A DNA stretch of 64,000 nt from Mobula hypostoma (Eukaryota). The stretch lies in assembly GCF_963921235.1 (NCBI RefSeq), contig NC_086097.1:201378001-201442000 (forward strand), in the 5' to 3' direction. The notes below the pieces were generated by a model. That model did not search any database and was not told the DNA's origin. It saw only the letters and a list, made by a program, of their open reading frames with translations. This document shows positions 11,146 through 24,133 of this stretch, piece by piece (position 1 is the stretch's first letter; the number at the start of each line of letters is the position of its first letter). The position numbers were made by a program, and so were the translations under genes.

Positions 11146-12801
11146 CAGTGGCATGCAAAAAAGTTTGGGCACCCCTGGTCAAAACATCTGTTACTGTGAA
11201 TAGTTAAGTGAGTAGAAGATGAACTGATCTTCAAGTCATAAAGTTAAAGATGAAACTTTCTTTTCAACATTTTAAGCAAGATTAGTGTACTATTTTTGTT
11301 TTGTACAACTTTAGAGTGAAAAAAAGGAAAGGAGCACCGTGCAAAAGTTTGGCCACCCCAGGGGATTTGAGCTCTCAGATAACTTTTACCAAGGTCTCAG
11401 ACCTTAATTAGCTTGTTAGGGCTATGACTTGTTCACAGTCATCGTCAGGAAAGGCCAGCTGATGCAAATTTCATAGTCATAGTCACAGTCATACTTTATT
11501 GATCCCGGGGGAAATTTCAAAGCTTTATAAATACCCTGACTCCTCAAACCTTGTCCCAATAATCAGCAGCCATGGGATCCTCTAAGCAGCCGCCTAGCAC
11601 TCTGAAAATTAAAATAAATGATGCCCACAAAGCAGGAGAAGGCTATAAGAAGATAGCAAAGCATTTTCAGGTAGCTGTTTCCTCAGTTCGTAATGTAATT
11701 AAGAAATGGCAGTTAACAGGAATGGTGGAGGTCAAGTTGAGGTCTGGAAGACCAAGAAAACTTTCCGAGAGAACTGCTCGTAGGATTGCTAGAAAGGCAA
11801 ATCAAAACCCCCGTTTGACTGCGAAAGACCTTCAGGAAGATTTAGCAGACTCTGGAGTGGTGGTGCACTGTTCTACTGTGCAGCAACACCTGAACAAATA
11901 TGACCTTCATGGAAGAGTCATCGAAGAAAACCTTTCCTGCGTCCTCACCACAAAATTCAGCGTCAGAAGTTTGCAAAGGAACATCTAAACAAGCCTGATG
12001 CATTTTGGAAACAAGTCCTGTGGATTGATGAAGTTAAAATAGAAGTTTTTGGCCACAATGAGCAAAGGTCTGTTTGGAGAAAAAAGGGTGCAGAATTTCA
12101 TGAAAAGAACACCTCTCTAACTGTTAAGCATGGGGGTGGATCGATCATGCTTTCGGCTTGTGTTGCAGCCAGTGGCATGGGGAACATTTCACTGGTAGAG
12201 GGAAGAATGAATTCAGTTAAATACCAGCAAATTCTGGAAGCAAACATCACACCGTCTGTAAAAAAGCTGAAGATGAAAAGAGGATGGCTTCTACAACAGG
12301 ATAATGATCTCAAAATCCACAATGGACTACCTCAAGAGGCACAAGTTGAAGGTTCTGCCACGGCCCTCACAGTCCCCCGACCTAAACATCATCGAAAATG
12401 TGTGGATAGACCTCAAAAGAGCAGTGCATGCAAGACGGCCCAAGAATCTCACAGAACTAGAAGCCTTTTGTAAGGAAGAATGGGCGAAAATCCCCCAAAC
12501 AAGAATTGAAAGACTCTTAGCTGGCTACAGAAAGCATTTACAAGCTGTGATACTTGCCAAAGGGGGTGTCACTGAGTACTAACCATGCAGGGTGTCCAAA
12601 CTTTTATTTCGGGTCCTTTTCCTTTTTCGTTATTTTGAAAATATAAAAGATGGAAATAAAAAAGTAATCTTGCTTAAAATATTAATGAAATGTGTCATCT
12701 TTAACTTTATGCATTTTGGAAATCAGGTCATCTTTTACTCGCTTAGCTATTCACAGTAATAGAAATGTTGACCAGGGTGCCCAAACTTTTGCATGCCACT
12801 G
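11146..12801 (+). mobile_element. Tc1/mariner IR/DR-type DNA transposon with frameshifted transposase
   Basis: TA TSDs at 11144-45 and 12802-03. TIRs CAGTGGCATGCAAAA(AA)GTTTGGGCACCC of about 200 bp with inner direct repeats at about 11341 and 12590. Transposase 11572-12582 has GRPRK, WIDE, QQDND and SPDLNIIENVW. Confidence 0.93.
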
Positions 12802-14659
12802 TATGTTAAGAGCAAAATTGTTGCGAGAGACAAAATTGATCCTCTGTAAAATCAGAATGGTAATCTATGCATGGAGCCAAATGAGATGGGGGCAATCTTA
12901 AATTGATATTTTGCAACCGTATTTACTCGGGAGACAGACACAGAGTCTATGGAAATAGGGCAACGCAATAGTGAGATCATGGATTACAGATTACAGAATA
13001 GAAGGTGCTTGCTGTCTTCAGGCAAATCAGGGTGGACAAATCCCCAAGGCCTGATGAGGTGTCCCCCTTGATCATGTGGGGGGCAAGTGCAGAAATTGCA
13101 GAGTTCCTAGCAGAGATATTTAAATTATCCTTTGCAACAGCTGAGTTACCAGAGTGTTTTGCTGTTTAAGAAAAGCTCTAGAAATAAACCAAGAGATTAT
13201 AGGCCAGAGAGCCTGACATCACTAGAGTGAAAGCTATTGGAAGTTATTCTAAGGAATCAGATATATGAGTATTTGGATATACAGAGACTGATCAGGGATA
13301 CTCAGCACAACTTTGTGTGTGGTAGGCCGTGAATAACAAATCTTATCGAGTTTTTTTCAAGGAAGTTACCAGGAAAGTTGATGAAGGCAAGGCAGTGGAT
13401 GTTGTCTACATGAACTTTAGCAACGCATTTGACAAGATCCCACATGGGAAGTTGGTCAAGAAGGTTCAGTAATTTGGCATTCAAGATGAGGCAGTAAACT
13501 AGATTAGACATTGGCATTGTGGAAGAACCCAGAGAGTGGTAATAGGTGGTTGCCTCTCTCACTGGACGCCTGTGACTAGTGTCCAACAGGGTCCGTTGTT
13601 TGTCATCAATACCAATGATCTGATTAATAAGTGGTTAACTGGATCAGCAAATTTGTGGATGACACCAAGATTGGGGATGTAATGGACAGTGAGGAAGACA
13701 ATCAAAGTTTGCAGTGGGATCTGAACCAGCTGGAAAAATAGGCTAAAAAATTGCAGATGGAATTTAATGGAGACAGGTGTGAGGTGTTGCACTCTGGAAG
13801 GTCAAATATAAGAGGAAAGCAAACAGAGAATAACAGAGCCCCGAGGAGCTCTGATGTACAGAGGAATCTTAGAGTACAAGTCCTCAGCTCGGATTGGGTG
13901 GTAAAGAAAGCATTCTTGCCTTTCTCAGTTAGGAAATCATGCTGCAGTTGCAGAAAACTTTGTTTAGGCCTCACTTTGAGTACTGTGCCATTGTGGTCAC
14001 TGCATTACAGGAAAGGGATGGTGCAGAAGGTGTTCACAAGGATACTGTCTGGATTAGAAAATGTTAGTTTAAGGAGAAATTGCTTATTTCCCTAGAGTAT
14101 CAGAGGCCAAGGGATCATCGAATAGAAATATATAAAAGTAAGAGAGCCATAGTTGGGCAGATAGTTAAAGGCATTTTTCCCCAGGGAGGAAATGTCATTT
14201 GCTAGAGGGAATAACATTAAGGTGGTAGGGGTAAAGTTTAAAAGAGATTTTTGAAGCAAGTTTTTTTTCCAGCAGAGAGGAAACATGCCACCACGAGAAG
14301 TGGTAGAAGCAAATAATGATATTAACATTTAAGACACATTTACAGGTACGTGAACATGCAGGGAACTGAGAGACATATACCACGTGTAGGCAGATATGAT
14401 TAGTTTAGACTGGCGTTATTGCTGAAGCAAACGTCACGAGATGAAAGGCTTGCTCTGTGCAGTACTGTTTTGCATTCTATGCAGGGATTAGGTATAATCC
14501 CAATATATCCCAGCGTTAAAATCAGCACCAGAACAGAAGATTTGCTCCATTGAATTTTACCTTGATTGATATTACACAGAAAATACTTTAATTCATTCAC
14601 AAGAGCTCCAACAAACCACAAACAAATTTCATTTCCTGTTTAGTTAGGTATTCCAATAC

Positions 14660-14863
14660 CTTTTTGTACAGCTTCAGGAAGCTCTCGCATCCACCAAAGA
14701 GATAGCTGATCAATTCTGTTTCCAATCATTGTCACCCGCTCTCTTTCTATTTGCAGAGCCTCACTTGTCTTTTTGCATTCTGCTTCCAGTTGCTCCATCA
14801 AGCCAATGATCTCTGATAGGACCTCCCTTGCCTCTTCATATAAAGCTGTGGTTTGGTTAGGTT
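14660..14863 (-). CDS. CCDC178: CCDC178 coding exon, coiled coil: PNQTTALYEEAREVLSEIIGLMEQLEAE...DQLSLWWMRELPEAVQK(E)
   Basis: Acceptor ctaatgtag|, donor AAAG|gtattg, 204 nt, phase 1 to 1. Similar to recalled human LLSEAIRLIKSLETD...IDSWSVWKLQELPLAVQKE. Confidence 0.9.
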
Positions 14864-14999
14864 CTACATTAGAAGCAGACATCAGCAGTTACATTGACAA
14901 ATACATTTTGAAGAAAACAGTAAATGATACTGTATAGTGAAATACAATGAAGTCTAAGCACATACAGAGGAACTGGATACACTTGAATGAGAGGTGAGA

Positions 15000-17900
15000 A
15001 AAATACCCTGGCAGGGAGAATTGTTAATGCTACACAGACTTTAAATTGTCTGGGAGGGATGTGGAACCCAAAACAGTAGTGTGGCACAGGAGAGAGCTGA
15101 GGCAAATATGGAAGTTAAAGCAACCAAGCGAACAAGTAGGGAGTGTGACGGGACCCTGAATTACCTCTAAGAACTGTGCTTTTGAAAAGAGAGCGAGAGA
15201 GAGAGAGAGTTATTTAACACCAACAGCTTGTTTCTAAACGACAGAGAGACACGAAGACTAACTGTGGGACTGTCACTTTAAGGAACTGGTTAACTGTTGG
15301 ATTTCTGAAGTGGAGATAGCACCGAGCAGCTCATAAGTTGCTATGGTGACCGGGGTCATTATTAAATGGACAATTGATGTTATGATTTTCGGTAGGTGTT
15401 TGATACTTCTTCAAGGACTTTTTGCCTGCTTGCATTTTCTTCACAGAGAGAGGAAGGAGGAGTTATTTGAATGACAGTTGATGCTCAGCACGGGAAGATA
15501 AAATAGGAGGTCAGATGATACAGACCTCAGATACATGTTCTGGACACTGAATTAGCAAAGTGGGATTTGAAGGATTGATCAGGTGGATCGATCCGTCGCT
15601 CTTGCAGTAGAAAGGAGGAAAAGGGTTGACTGGTGGGGAGTTGTCCATGTGTCCACCCTCGCCTGGGGGAATAGCTCCACCACAGAAAACCAGTCCCCTT
15701 TGTTAAAGTCACAGTCGGTGACTTTTAAAGGATTTTGACGGCGTCAGCTCACCTGAAGTCTCAAATCTCTCCCTCTCTCTCTCTCCATCACTACTCAACT
15801 AAATGCCACGAACTGAACTGAACTTTACTCATCATCGTAAAACTGTAACTTTTTACCCCTAGACTTAAAGAAGCTTGGTTTTTCACACATATTTATTCTA
15901 TATATATATATATATATATAAAAAATCATTGCTAACCTGTTGATTATTCTATATTTATATTACTGTATTGCATAATTACTAATAAATATTATTAGTTTAT
16001 AGTAATACTGGACTCCAAAGTGTTTTCCATCTCTGCTGGTTCTTTATTCCCGTCACAGGGTTCGTGACAGGAGCAAAAAAGGTTTGATATACAAAACCAC
16101 ATTTATTTTAATTTAAGAAGCCTGAAAAGTAAGGCAAAATAACTCAGGGCAGGGATATTATACGGGTCTGGTGTAGAATAACTACTACAACATGACCAAG
16201 GGATGGACAGGACTTGCAGCTCAGTGCTCAAGAGTGTAGATGCTACAAGCACAATATAGGTGGAGGTAACAAAGGAGATGTAGTTGCATTTCTGATGAAG
16301 GGGAACATCAGGGCAGTACTTAGAGAGGATATTCTAGGGGGCATTGTCACTTTGGATTGTACAGTACAATAGGCTCCTTAGACAAACAAAAAGGCAGGAA
16401 GCAAAAATAATAGGGTTGTAATCATTGGTAATCTGAACTTCTCTAATGTTGAACAGGACTACTATTAGATGAGGCAGAGTTTGTTATGTGTCCAGTAAAG
16501 TTTTCTCAAGTAAAATGCAAAAAATCCTAGTAGAGAGAGAGTAACACCTGATCTCTTTTTGGGTAATGAGGCAAGGCAAGAGACAGAAGTGTTAGTGGGG
16601 TTGTAGGGCACTTTGGGACCAGAGATCATAATTCTATTAGTTGAATTGTTCCACTAGTTCCACCTATACCGGGGCATGGCTCCTTTTGATAGCAATAGAC
16701 AAGAACTTGCAAAGGTTGATTGGGAGAAGCTGTTTGAAAATAAAGGAATGTTTGCCAAGTGGGAGATTTATAAAAGTAAGATACAAAGAGTTCAGGCTGA
16801 GCATGTTTCTGCAAGAGTGAAGGAAAAGAATAGTAAGTTTATGCAACCCCAGTTAATGAAGGATATTGAATCTCTGCTGAGACAAATGTCAGGTATAGAT
16901 AGCTGAAATCAAGTGGATCCTTTGAGGAGTCTAAGAGATATAGAAGTGCACTGAAGTGGGAAATTAGGAGGGCAAAAACAGGGCACAAGGCAACTCTGGC
17001 AGAAAAAGGTAAAGGAGAATCCTAAGAGATTTGATAGCTATATTAAGAACAAAAACATAACAAGGGAGAGAACAGGCTCCCTCAAAGATCAGCATGGTTA
17101 TATAGGTGTGGAGCCATAGGAGAGGCAAGGTCTTAACTTAATATTTCTCATCTGCATTTACTGGGAAGAAGACAATGAAAGCTAGGGAATTCAGGGAAGA
17201 GAATAGTGATGCTTTACAACATATTCACATTACAGAAGAAGCACATAAAGCTTGATAAATCCCCAAGGCCTAATCAAATACAGGGGTAGGTACCAGAGAA
17301 CTGAACGGCTAAAGTTATGCCTATATTTAAGAAAGGCTACAAGGACGAAGCAGAGAACTACAGGCCAGATACATCAGGTGGAATGCTACTGAAGGGGATT
17401 CTAAGAGATAGGATCTACCTGAATTTGGAAAGGCAAGAACTGATTAAGGATAGTCAGCATTGTTTTACACTGTAAATGGTAGGGCTCCAGAGATTGCTAC
17501 AGAACAGGGACCTAGGAATGAAAGTACACAATTCTCTGAAAGTAGTAACAAACATGGACAGGGTGGTGAAGACAGCATTTGTAATGCTTGCCTACGTTGG
17601 CCAAGGCAATAAATACATGAGTTGGGAAGTAATGTTGGAACTATGGAAGACATTGGTGAGACCATGCCTGGAGTACTGTGTTCAATTCTGGTCTCCCATC
17701 TACAGGAAGTTAGAAATGATGCAGAAATGATTCACAAGGATGTTATCAGGTCTGGAGAGCTCAAGTTGTAAGGAGAGAATAGACAGCCTGGGTCTTTTTT
17801 TCCCTGGAACATAGGAGGCTGGGGAATGACATTACAGAGCTATATAAAACCATGACGGGCACAGATATGATAAATAGTCACAGATTTTTTCCAGTATCAC

Positions 17901-18040
17901 AGAGTATTAAAAAAAAAGACATACTTAAGGTGAGAGGAGACAACTTTTTCCATACAGAGGGTTATGGGCATGTGGAGCAAACTGCCAAAGGAATTGGTAG
18001 AGGTGGGTACAAATGCTATGTTGAATTTTGATATTAATCA
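15000..18040 (+). mobile_element. Degenerate CR1 (host of the solo LTR)
   Basis: Decayed endonuclease and RT sequence, including LVRPCLEYCVQFWSP. Confidence 0.7.
15144..16069 (+). mobile_element. Solo LTR (Gypsy-like), 926 bp
   Basis: TGTGACG...CGTGACA termini, 4-bp TSD GGAG (15140-43 and 16070-73), AATAAA near 15981. Inserted into a CR1. Confidence 0.8.
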
Positions 18041-18439
18041 ATAATATTTTGATTAGTGAATAAGGTAAATGGGGATAAGTGAATGGATGAGTGGTGATTA
18101 TGGTGAATGGGTGGAGTACAGAGAATGGGTGTGTCGCGGTCTGGTTAATGGGTAAATTATGGTCTGGTAATCGCCTAGTTGATAAGGGTTGTTAGTGGAT
18201 GGGTGATGTGGGGGGGTACTCAAATTGGCAGGGTTTGAATGGTTGGACTTGCAAGGATCTGTAGTGGGACTGTATTGTTAGTAACTTAGATGAGGAGATA
18301 GAAAATAATTTATCTCAATTTATGAATGGCACAAGGCTGTAAGTAGTGTATCATGGAAGCATTTCATTGCAAAGATATATTCCTACATATATTAGCAGTC
18401 TGAGAGAAAGGATTACAAAGATTTTGTTAAATCTTGTTG

Positions 18440-18760
18440 TGCGGCATAATAGTGTAGAAGTTAGTGGAATGCTTTTCAGTACCAGTGACTAACAATCAGG
18501 GTTCAATTCAGTAAGGAGTTTGTATGTTCTCCCCTGATAGTGTGGGTTTCCTCTAGGTGTTCCGGTTTCTTCCCATATTCCAAAGGCAGAAGGGTTAGGT
18601 TTGGTGAGTTGTGGGCATACTATGTTGGTGTTGGAAGATTGTCAATACTTGTGGGCTGCCCTCAGTACATCCCCACATTGTGCTGGTCATTGACACAAAT
18701 GATGCATTTCACTGTATGCTTCAATGTTTTGATGTACATGCGACAAATAAAGCTAATTTG
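18440..18760 (+). mobile_element. tRNA-derived V-SINE-like element
   Basis: B-box-like gggttcaattc and V-domain-like tgtgggtttcctctaggtgttccggtttcttccca. Related copy at about 21230-21450. Confidence 0.6.
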
Positions 18761-18929
18761 AAAATATGACAAAATCTAATCTAAAAATACAAAGTATGCA
18801 GATATATGGGAACAAGGCAGGTAGATAAAGTTGGGTCATTGTGTAATCCACTGTCCATCAGAGTAGACTTGAGGGGCTGAATGGCCTGTTGTGGTTCCAG
18901 AACATAGATGAATTCTCAAAGGTACATTG

Positions 18930-21010
18930 GAGCTTTTACTTTCTTCTAAGGTCAATAGTATTCAGCTTGGCATCAAACACTCCAACAAACTTCTACAGAT
19001 GTACTGCTGAAAGTATGCTGACTGGTTGCATCATGGTCTGGTATAACAGTTCTAATGTGCAGTTATGTACGAAGCTGCAGAGAGTAGTGAACTCAGCCCA
19101 CTATACCCCGGGCACATCCCTCTTCACCATATCTACAGAGATGCTACCTCAAGAAGTCAACATCCATTATCAAAAAGTCCTACCGTACAGGTCATGTCAT
19201 CTTTTCACAGCTATCATCTGTAGGAGGTACAGAAGCCTGAAGTCCCACACCACCAGGTTCAAGAACAGCTACGTCATTTCAACCATTCTTGAACCAACTG
19301 GCACAGCCCTAATCAGTACCTCAGTGTTAGCGATAATATGAGCATTTTGCCCTACAATTGACCATGTTCTGTTTTGTTTTAATTGCATATACAGTTAATT
19401 AGGCCATTGGGGTTAATCGGGGCAGCCACTTATTTGCAACACTATGCTGCTTAAGTCGGAAAGGACGCTGTTGCTGAACAGTTTCTAACTAGCATCTGTC
19501 ATGTGCACTTGTGTGGCTAAGATTCTGCACCGTGCTTAGAGTTAATGGTTTTTAAACAGCATCAGTTGTGAGTATTTGTGTTCAAAAAGCAGTGAGTTTT
19601 TTGGCACTGGTGGTTTACGAGAAATTAGAAGGAAGACAATTCAGAACCGTTTTACTCACTGTGGTTTCAAGCATTCAGGCTTGAAGATGCCAGAAACTGC
19701 CGGGAGTGAAAATGAAATTATTTCACTACTTCAGCAAGATAGGAACTGCAGAGAATTTGAAGTTATCAACAATCATTCTGAATGTCACAATGAAAATGAA
19801 GATTTGGAGGACGTAATCATCAAAGGCATTGCATGAAATCAGCCAATTATCTACACTAGCAGTCTCTGCTAATTTTGTTCATTTACAATCAGAAGAACAC
19901 TGCAGTGTATACTGGATGAATTCCTCCATCGATAACTATTAGGAACTAATACAGTTTTATAATGCTATACTTGTATTGATAGTGTTCAAATTTGTTCTGT
20001 ATTTCCTTTCAACACATAATTTGTTGATCAGTTAAACAGTAGTCTGTTTTTATATATCTTTTTCTCCTCCACAATCACCATCAGCACAGGGGCACCACAA
20101 GCCTGTGTGCTTAGCTCCCTGTTCTACTTACTTATGACTGTGAGGCTAAGAACAACTCCAAAACCATATTTAAGTTTTCTGACAACATCACTAATATTGG
20201 CTGAATTAAAGGAGGTGCCGAATTAGCATTTAGGAAGGAGATTGAAAATCTGGCTGAGTAGTACCATAACAACCTTTCACTTAATCCAGCATGCAAGTAC
20301 CATTACAAAGAAAGCATGGCAGTGCCTCTACTTACATAGAACTTTGCAAAGATTCGGCATGGCATCTAAAACTTAGACATAGAAGTGTGCTGTAGAGTAC
20401 AGTGACTGGTTGCATCATGGCCTGGTATGGAAATATCCATGCCCTTGAATGGAAAAGCCTACAAAAACTAGTGGACAACACCCAGTCCATCACAGGTAAA
20501 GCCCTCCTCACCATTGAGCACATCGACACGGAGCGCTGTCACAAGAAAGCAGCATCAATGACACCCCCCCCCCCAAACCCCTCCCCAATCCAGGTCATGC
20601 TCTTTTCTCACTGCAGCCACTCAGGAAGGTGGAATAAGACCCTTAGGATCCACACCACCAGGTTCAGGAAAAATTACCCTACAACTATCAGGCTTTAGAA
20701 CCAAAGAGGATAGCTTCACTTACCCCATCACTGACCTGTTCCCACAACCTATGGATTTACAATCAAGGGCTCTTCATCTCATGTTCTCAGTATTATTTAT
20801 TGCTTAATTATTATTTTTTTCTCATTTTTTAATTTACCGAGTTTGTTGACCTTTGAACATTGATTGTTGGTCCATTCTGTTTGGTGCGGTTTTTCATTGA
20901 TTCAATTGTGTTTTTTGTATTTACTGTGAATGTCAGGAAGAAAATGAATCTCAGCATAGTATATGGTGACATGAATGTACTTTGATAATAAATGTACTTT
21001 GAACTTTGAA
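18930..21010 (+). mobile_element. Rex1-Babar 3' fragments (about 18930-19330 and 20070-21010)
   Basis: MLTGCIMVWY/MTGCIMAWYG, LQRVVNSA and HTTRF(K/R) motifs. Tail tactttgataataaatgtactttgaactttga. Confidence 0.65.
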
Positions 21011-21112
21011 ACTTTTAACTATTTCCAAGAAAATTCAGATAATTGGGATAGCCGCTTAATTGAGCCAAAATGATTTTGGTTTGATGTGTCCCAATTATCT
21101 GTAATCACTGTA
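19390..21112 (+). mobile_element. Pogo/Tigger-like non-autonomous element, split by a LINE fragment
   Basis: TA-CAGT...ACTG-TA ends and a TIQNRFTHCGF remnant resembling the pogo/TIGD C-terminus. Related copy at about 36000-36480. Confidence 0.55.
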
Positions 21113-22854
21113 ATTTTTGTTGAATTTATGATGTTCTTGTGAATGCTACTTATCTGACGCTATGCACCTACAATGCTGCCAATGTTTTATTATGAAATTC
21201 AGTTTTCTATTGCACCAAAGCACACATTTAGGGCAGTACAGTAGCGTAGTGGTTAGCACAATGTTACTATAGCGCCAGTGATCTGGCTTTGGTTCCTGCT
21301 ACTGTCTGTGGGGAGTTTGTACGTTCTTCTTGTGGTCACATGGGTTTCCTCCCACATCCTAAAGATGTGCATGGCAGTAGGGTAATTGGTCACATTGGTG
21401 TAATTGGGTGGCGTAAACTCATTGGGCTCGAAGTGCCTGTAACCATACATCATCTCAAAATGAAAATGAAAACCATGTGAAATTTACTTGTGTACATGAC
21501 TATCAACTCATCTTTGACTTTGGCTTGTGGGTGAAAGTTCAGCAAAATGAGGTAAAAACTAACTGGCTTGTTATTGCAGAGAATAAAGACCTTTCGAACG
21601 TTGGAAGGCCTGGATAGAGTGGAGGTGGAGAGGATGTTTCCTATGGTGGGGGAGTCTATGACCAGAGAGCACAGCCTCAGAATAGAGGGACATCAATTTA
21701 GAATGAAGATGAGGAGGAATTTCTTTAGCCTGAGGGTGATGAATCTGTGGAATTTGGGTCTTTGGGTATATTTAAAGTAGAGGTTGATAGATCTTGATAA
21801 GTTAATGCATGAAAGTGGGTTATGGGGAGAAGGCAGGAGAATGGGGTTAAGAGGGAAATTGATCAGACATGATCAAACAGTGGAGCAGACTTGACGGGTT
21901 GAATGGCCTAATCCTGCTCCTATGTCTATAGATCTTATGGTCCATGGGCTAGAAGTTGAAATAGTTCTGAAAGTAATATTAGAACAAGTTAATTGAATAT
22001 GATTACGATAACTTCCTGTCCTAAAAGCAGGTCTCACCATAACTATGGGCAAATAGCCTGTTTTGTTGTTATAATGTGTATTTCTATGTGCTTGTACCTG
22101 AAGTATACAATCACATAGTTGTTTATATATCATTTTAAAACAATGAATTAATGTGTAAGCACAAAATGCTCCTATTTTCCAAGGTAAATTTTAATTGTTC
22201 TTTTCAAACAGCTGAAAGTACACCCACAAATACAATACTTCACATGTCAGACATAGACATATCAGTAAATGGAAATTGCACACATTTTGAAGATAGAATA
22301 AGATTATTTCTATTAATTTAGTTGAACTCATTTTAACTTAATTATACGTAATGAAGCTTTCTGAAGTATTTCTAATATTGTTCTCTCAATGCATCATAGT
22401 TAAAACAATAAAAGAGGTACTTCGAGTAGAAAATGGTATTTTGATTACAGTGGAGATGAAGTAGTATTTACAAAATCAAAAGGTACATGTTGTATATTTA
22501 ACCTTATCAAGTAATAACTTTCTTATATGCAGTTAAGCCTTTTTTCTGACAGACTTCGTGATCATGCTCTTAAATACAACTTTTATTTCCACTAAACAAG
22601 TACGTATCAAGGCCTTGCAGTTTCAGTGGATGATTGTCTAAGAAAATGTCACTTGGAATTCAGGAACTGATCATTGCATCGTCAATTGAATGGATGCATC
22701 TACAATTTCTCGACGAATAGTTGACCAAGTAGCAATCATTTTATATTACTGGTGTTTTAACAATTCCTGCAAACTAAATGTTATCGGCATTTATTAGTTA
22801 CATGCATCGATATTTGGGAAATTATTTCAACTGTGACAAACACAGTAAGCGCTT

Positions 22855-23690
22855 TACTTCACCCACCCCCACCACTTTCCGCAGATATCACTCCCTCTGT
22901 AATTCCCTTGTCCATTCGTCTACCCCCATTAATCATCTTCTTACCCGTGCAAGAGGCCTAAGTGTTACACCTGCCAATACACCTCACCCCTTGCCTCAAG
23001 ATCGCTTGATTCAAGATCCAAAATAGTCCTTTCAGGTGAGGTTTCACCTGAGAATCTGCTGGGGTTGTCTATTGAGCCCAGTGCTCCCAGTGCAGCCTCC
23101 TCTACGTTGGTGAGACCCATCATCATTAGGGGACTACATCAAACAATCTACCACAAGCAGGACTTCCCAGTGGCCAAACATTTTAATTCCAATTCGCATT
23201 CCCATTCAGACATGTCGATCCATGGTCTCCTCTTATGGCAAGTTGAGGCAACCCTCAGGGTGGAGGAGAAACACTTTTTATTCTGTCTGGTGCCCTCCAA
23301 CCTGATGGTATGAATATAGATTTCTTCTGGTGATCAAATTCCAACTCCCTCTCTCCGCCTTCCTCTATACCTCACTCTTGACCTTGTACTTCTCCCCTCC
23401 TCCTCCCCTTTCTCCTATTGTCTATTTTCCTCTCCAATCAGATTCTTTCTTCTCCAGCCCTTGAACTTTCCCACCCACCTGGCCTCACCTATCACATTGC
23501 AGCTAACCTCTTTCCCTCCCCCGATCTTTTAATTCAGGTATCTTGCCCCTTCTCTCTCAGTCCTCATGAAGGGTCTCGGCCCAAAATCTCAACTGTTTAC
23601 TCTTTTCCAAATAAATGCTGTCCATCCTGCTGAGTGTACCTTCTGTGTTTTGTGTGTGTTGTTTTGGATTCCAGCATTTGACGATCTTCT
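22855..23690 (+). mobile_element. Penelope-like element remnant (GIY-YIG C-terminus, 3'UTR, decayed hammerhead)
   Basis: PVAKHFNSNSHSHSDMSIHGLL..EATLRVEEKHFLF. Decayed core ctcatgaagggtctcggcccaaaa at about 23563. Confidence 0.8.
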
Positions 23691-23709
23691 CAAATCTTTT
23701 TGAAATAAA

Positions 23710-24133
23710 GTACTGTGCAAAGGTCTGAGGTACATGTATAAAGCTAGGGTGCCTAAGACCTTTGCACAGTACTGTGTTTGTCAACGAGCAGAGAACGAGT
23801 TTATAAATCTGGCGGGAGGAAAGGATGTTGTGAATGGTAAGGGCGGGGCACCATGGGAGGGATGTCTAACAGGGAGTGCCAGGGGTGGGGGGTGGTGCAG
23901 GTGCAGATATACCCAGCCCTGATCATCACCGAATGCCTTCCAGTTCCCTCCCCCTTTTCCCAACCCTGATTCCCCCATTGCTTGCACCCTTCACACTTTC
24001 AGTCATCAATAGAGACCAACATCAGAATCAGCTTTATCATCGCTTACTACAGTACTATGCAAAAGTCTTAAATACGCTAGATATATGTGTGTGTGTGTGC
24101 GCGCGCGCACCAAAGACTTTTGCACAGTACTGT
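23710..24133. mobile_element. Mariner-type MITE bounded by CTGTGCAAAAGTCTTAGGCAC-like mini-palindromes
   Basis: TA-flanked TIR-like units at 23710-23772 and 24052-24131. Inverted related copy at about 51251-51763. Confidence 0.65.

Larger units (their letters stand above)
8960..14480 (+). mobile_element. Old CR1 ORF2, interrupted by a younger CR1 and a Tc1
   Basis: Degenerate endonuclease and RT motifs (YFNARSI, GDFTFPHIDW, KSPRPD, VDVVYMNFSNAFDK, MQMEFN). Sequence is continuous across the nested insertions. Confidence 0.75.

Noticed and set aside
22503..22766. Minus-strand segment with a good acceptor (tttagtttgcag|) and 264-nt, phase-1/1-compatible length, a possible extra CCDC178 exon
   Set aside because: Five in-frame stops, a weak donor (GTTAAA) and no recognisable homology. 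The gene model closes without it.
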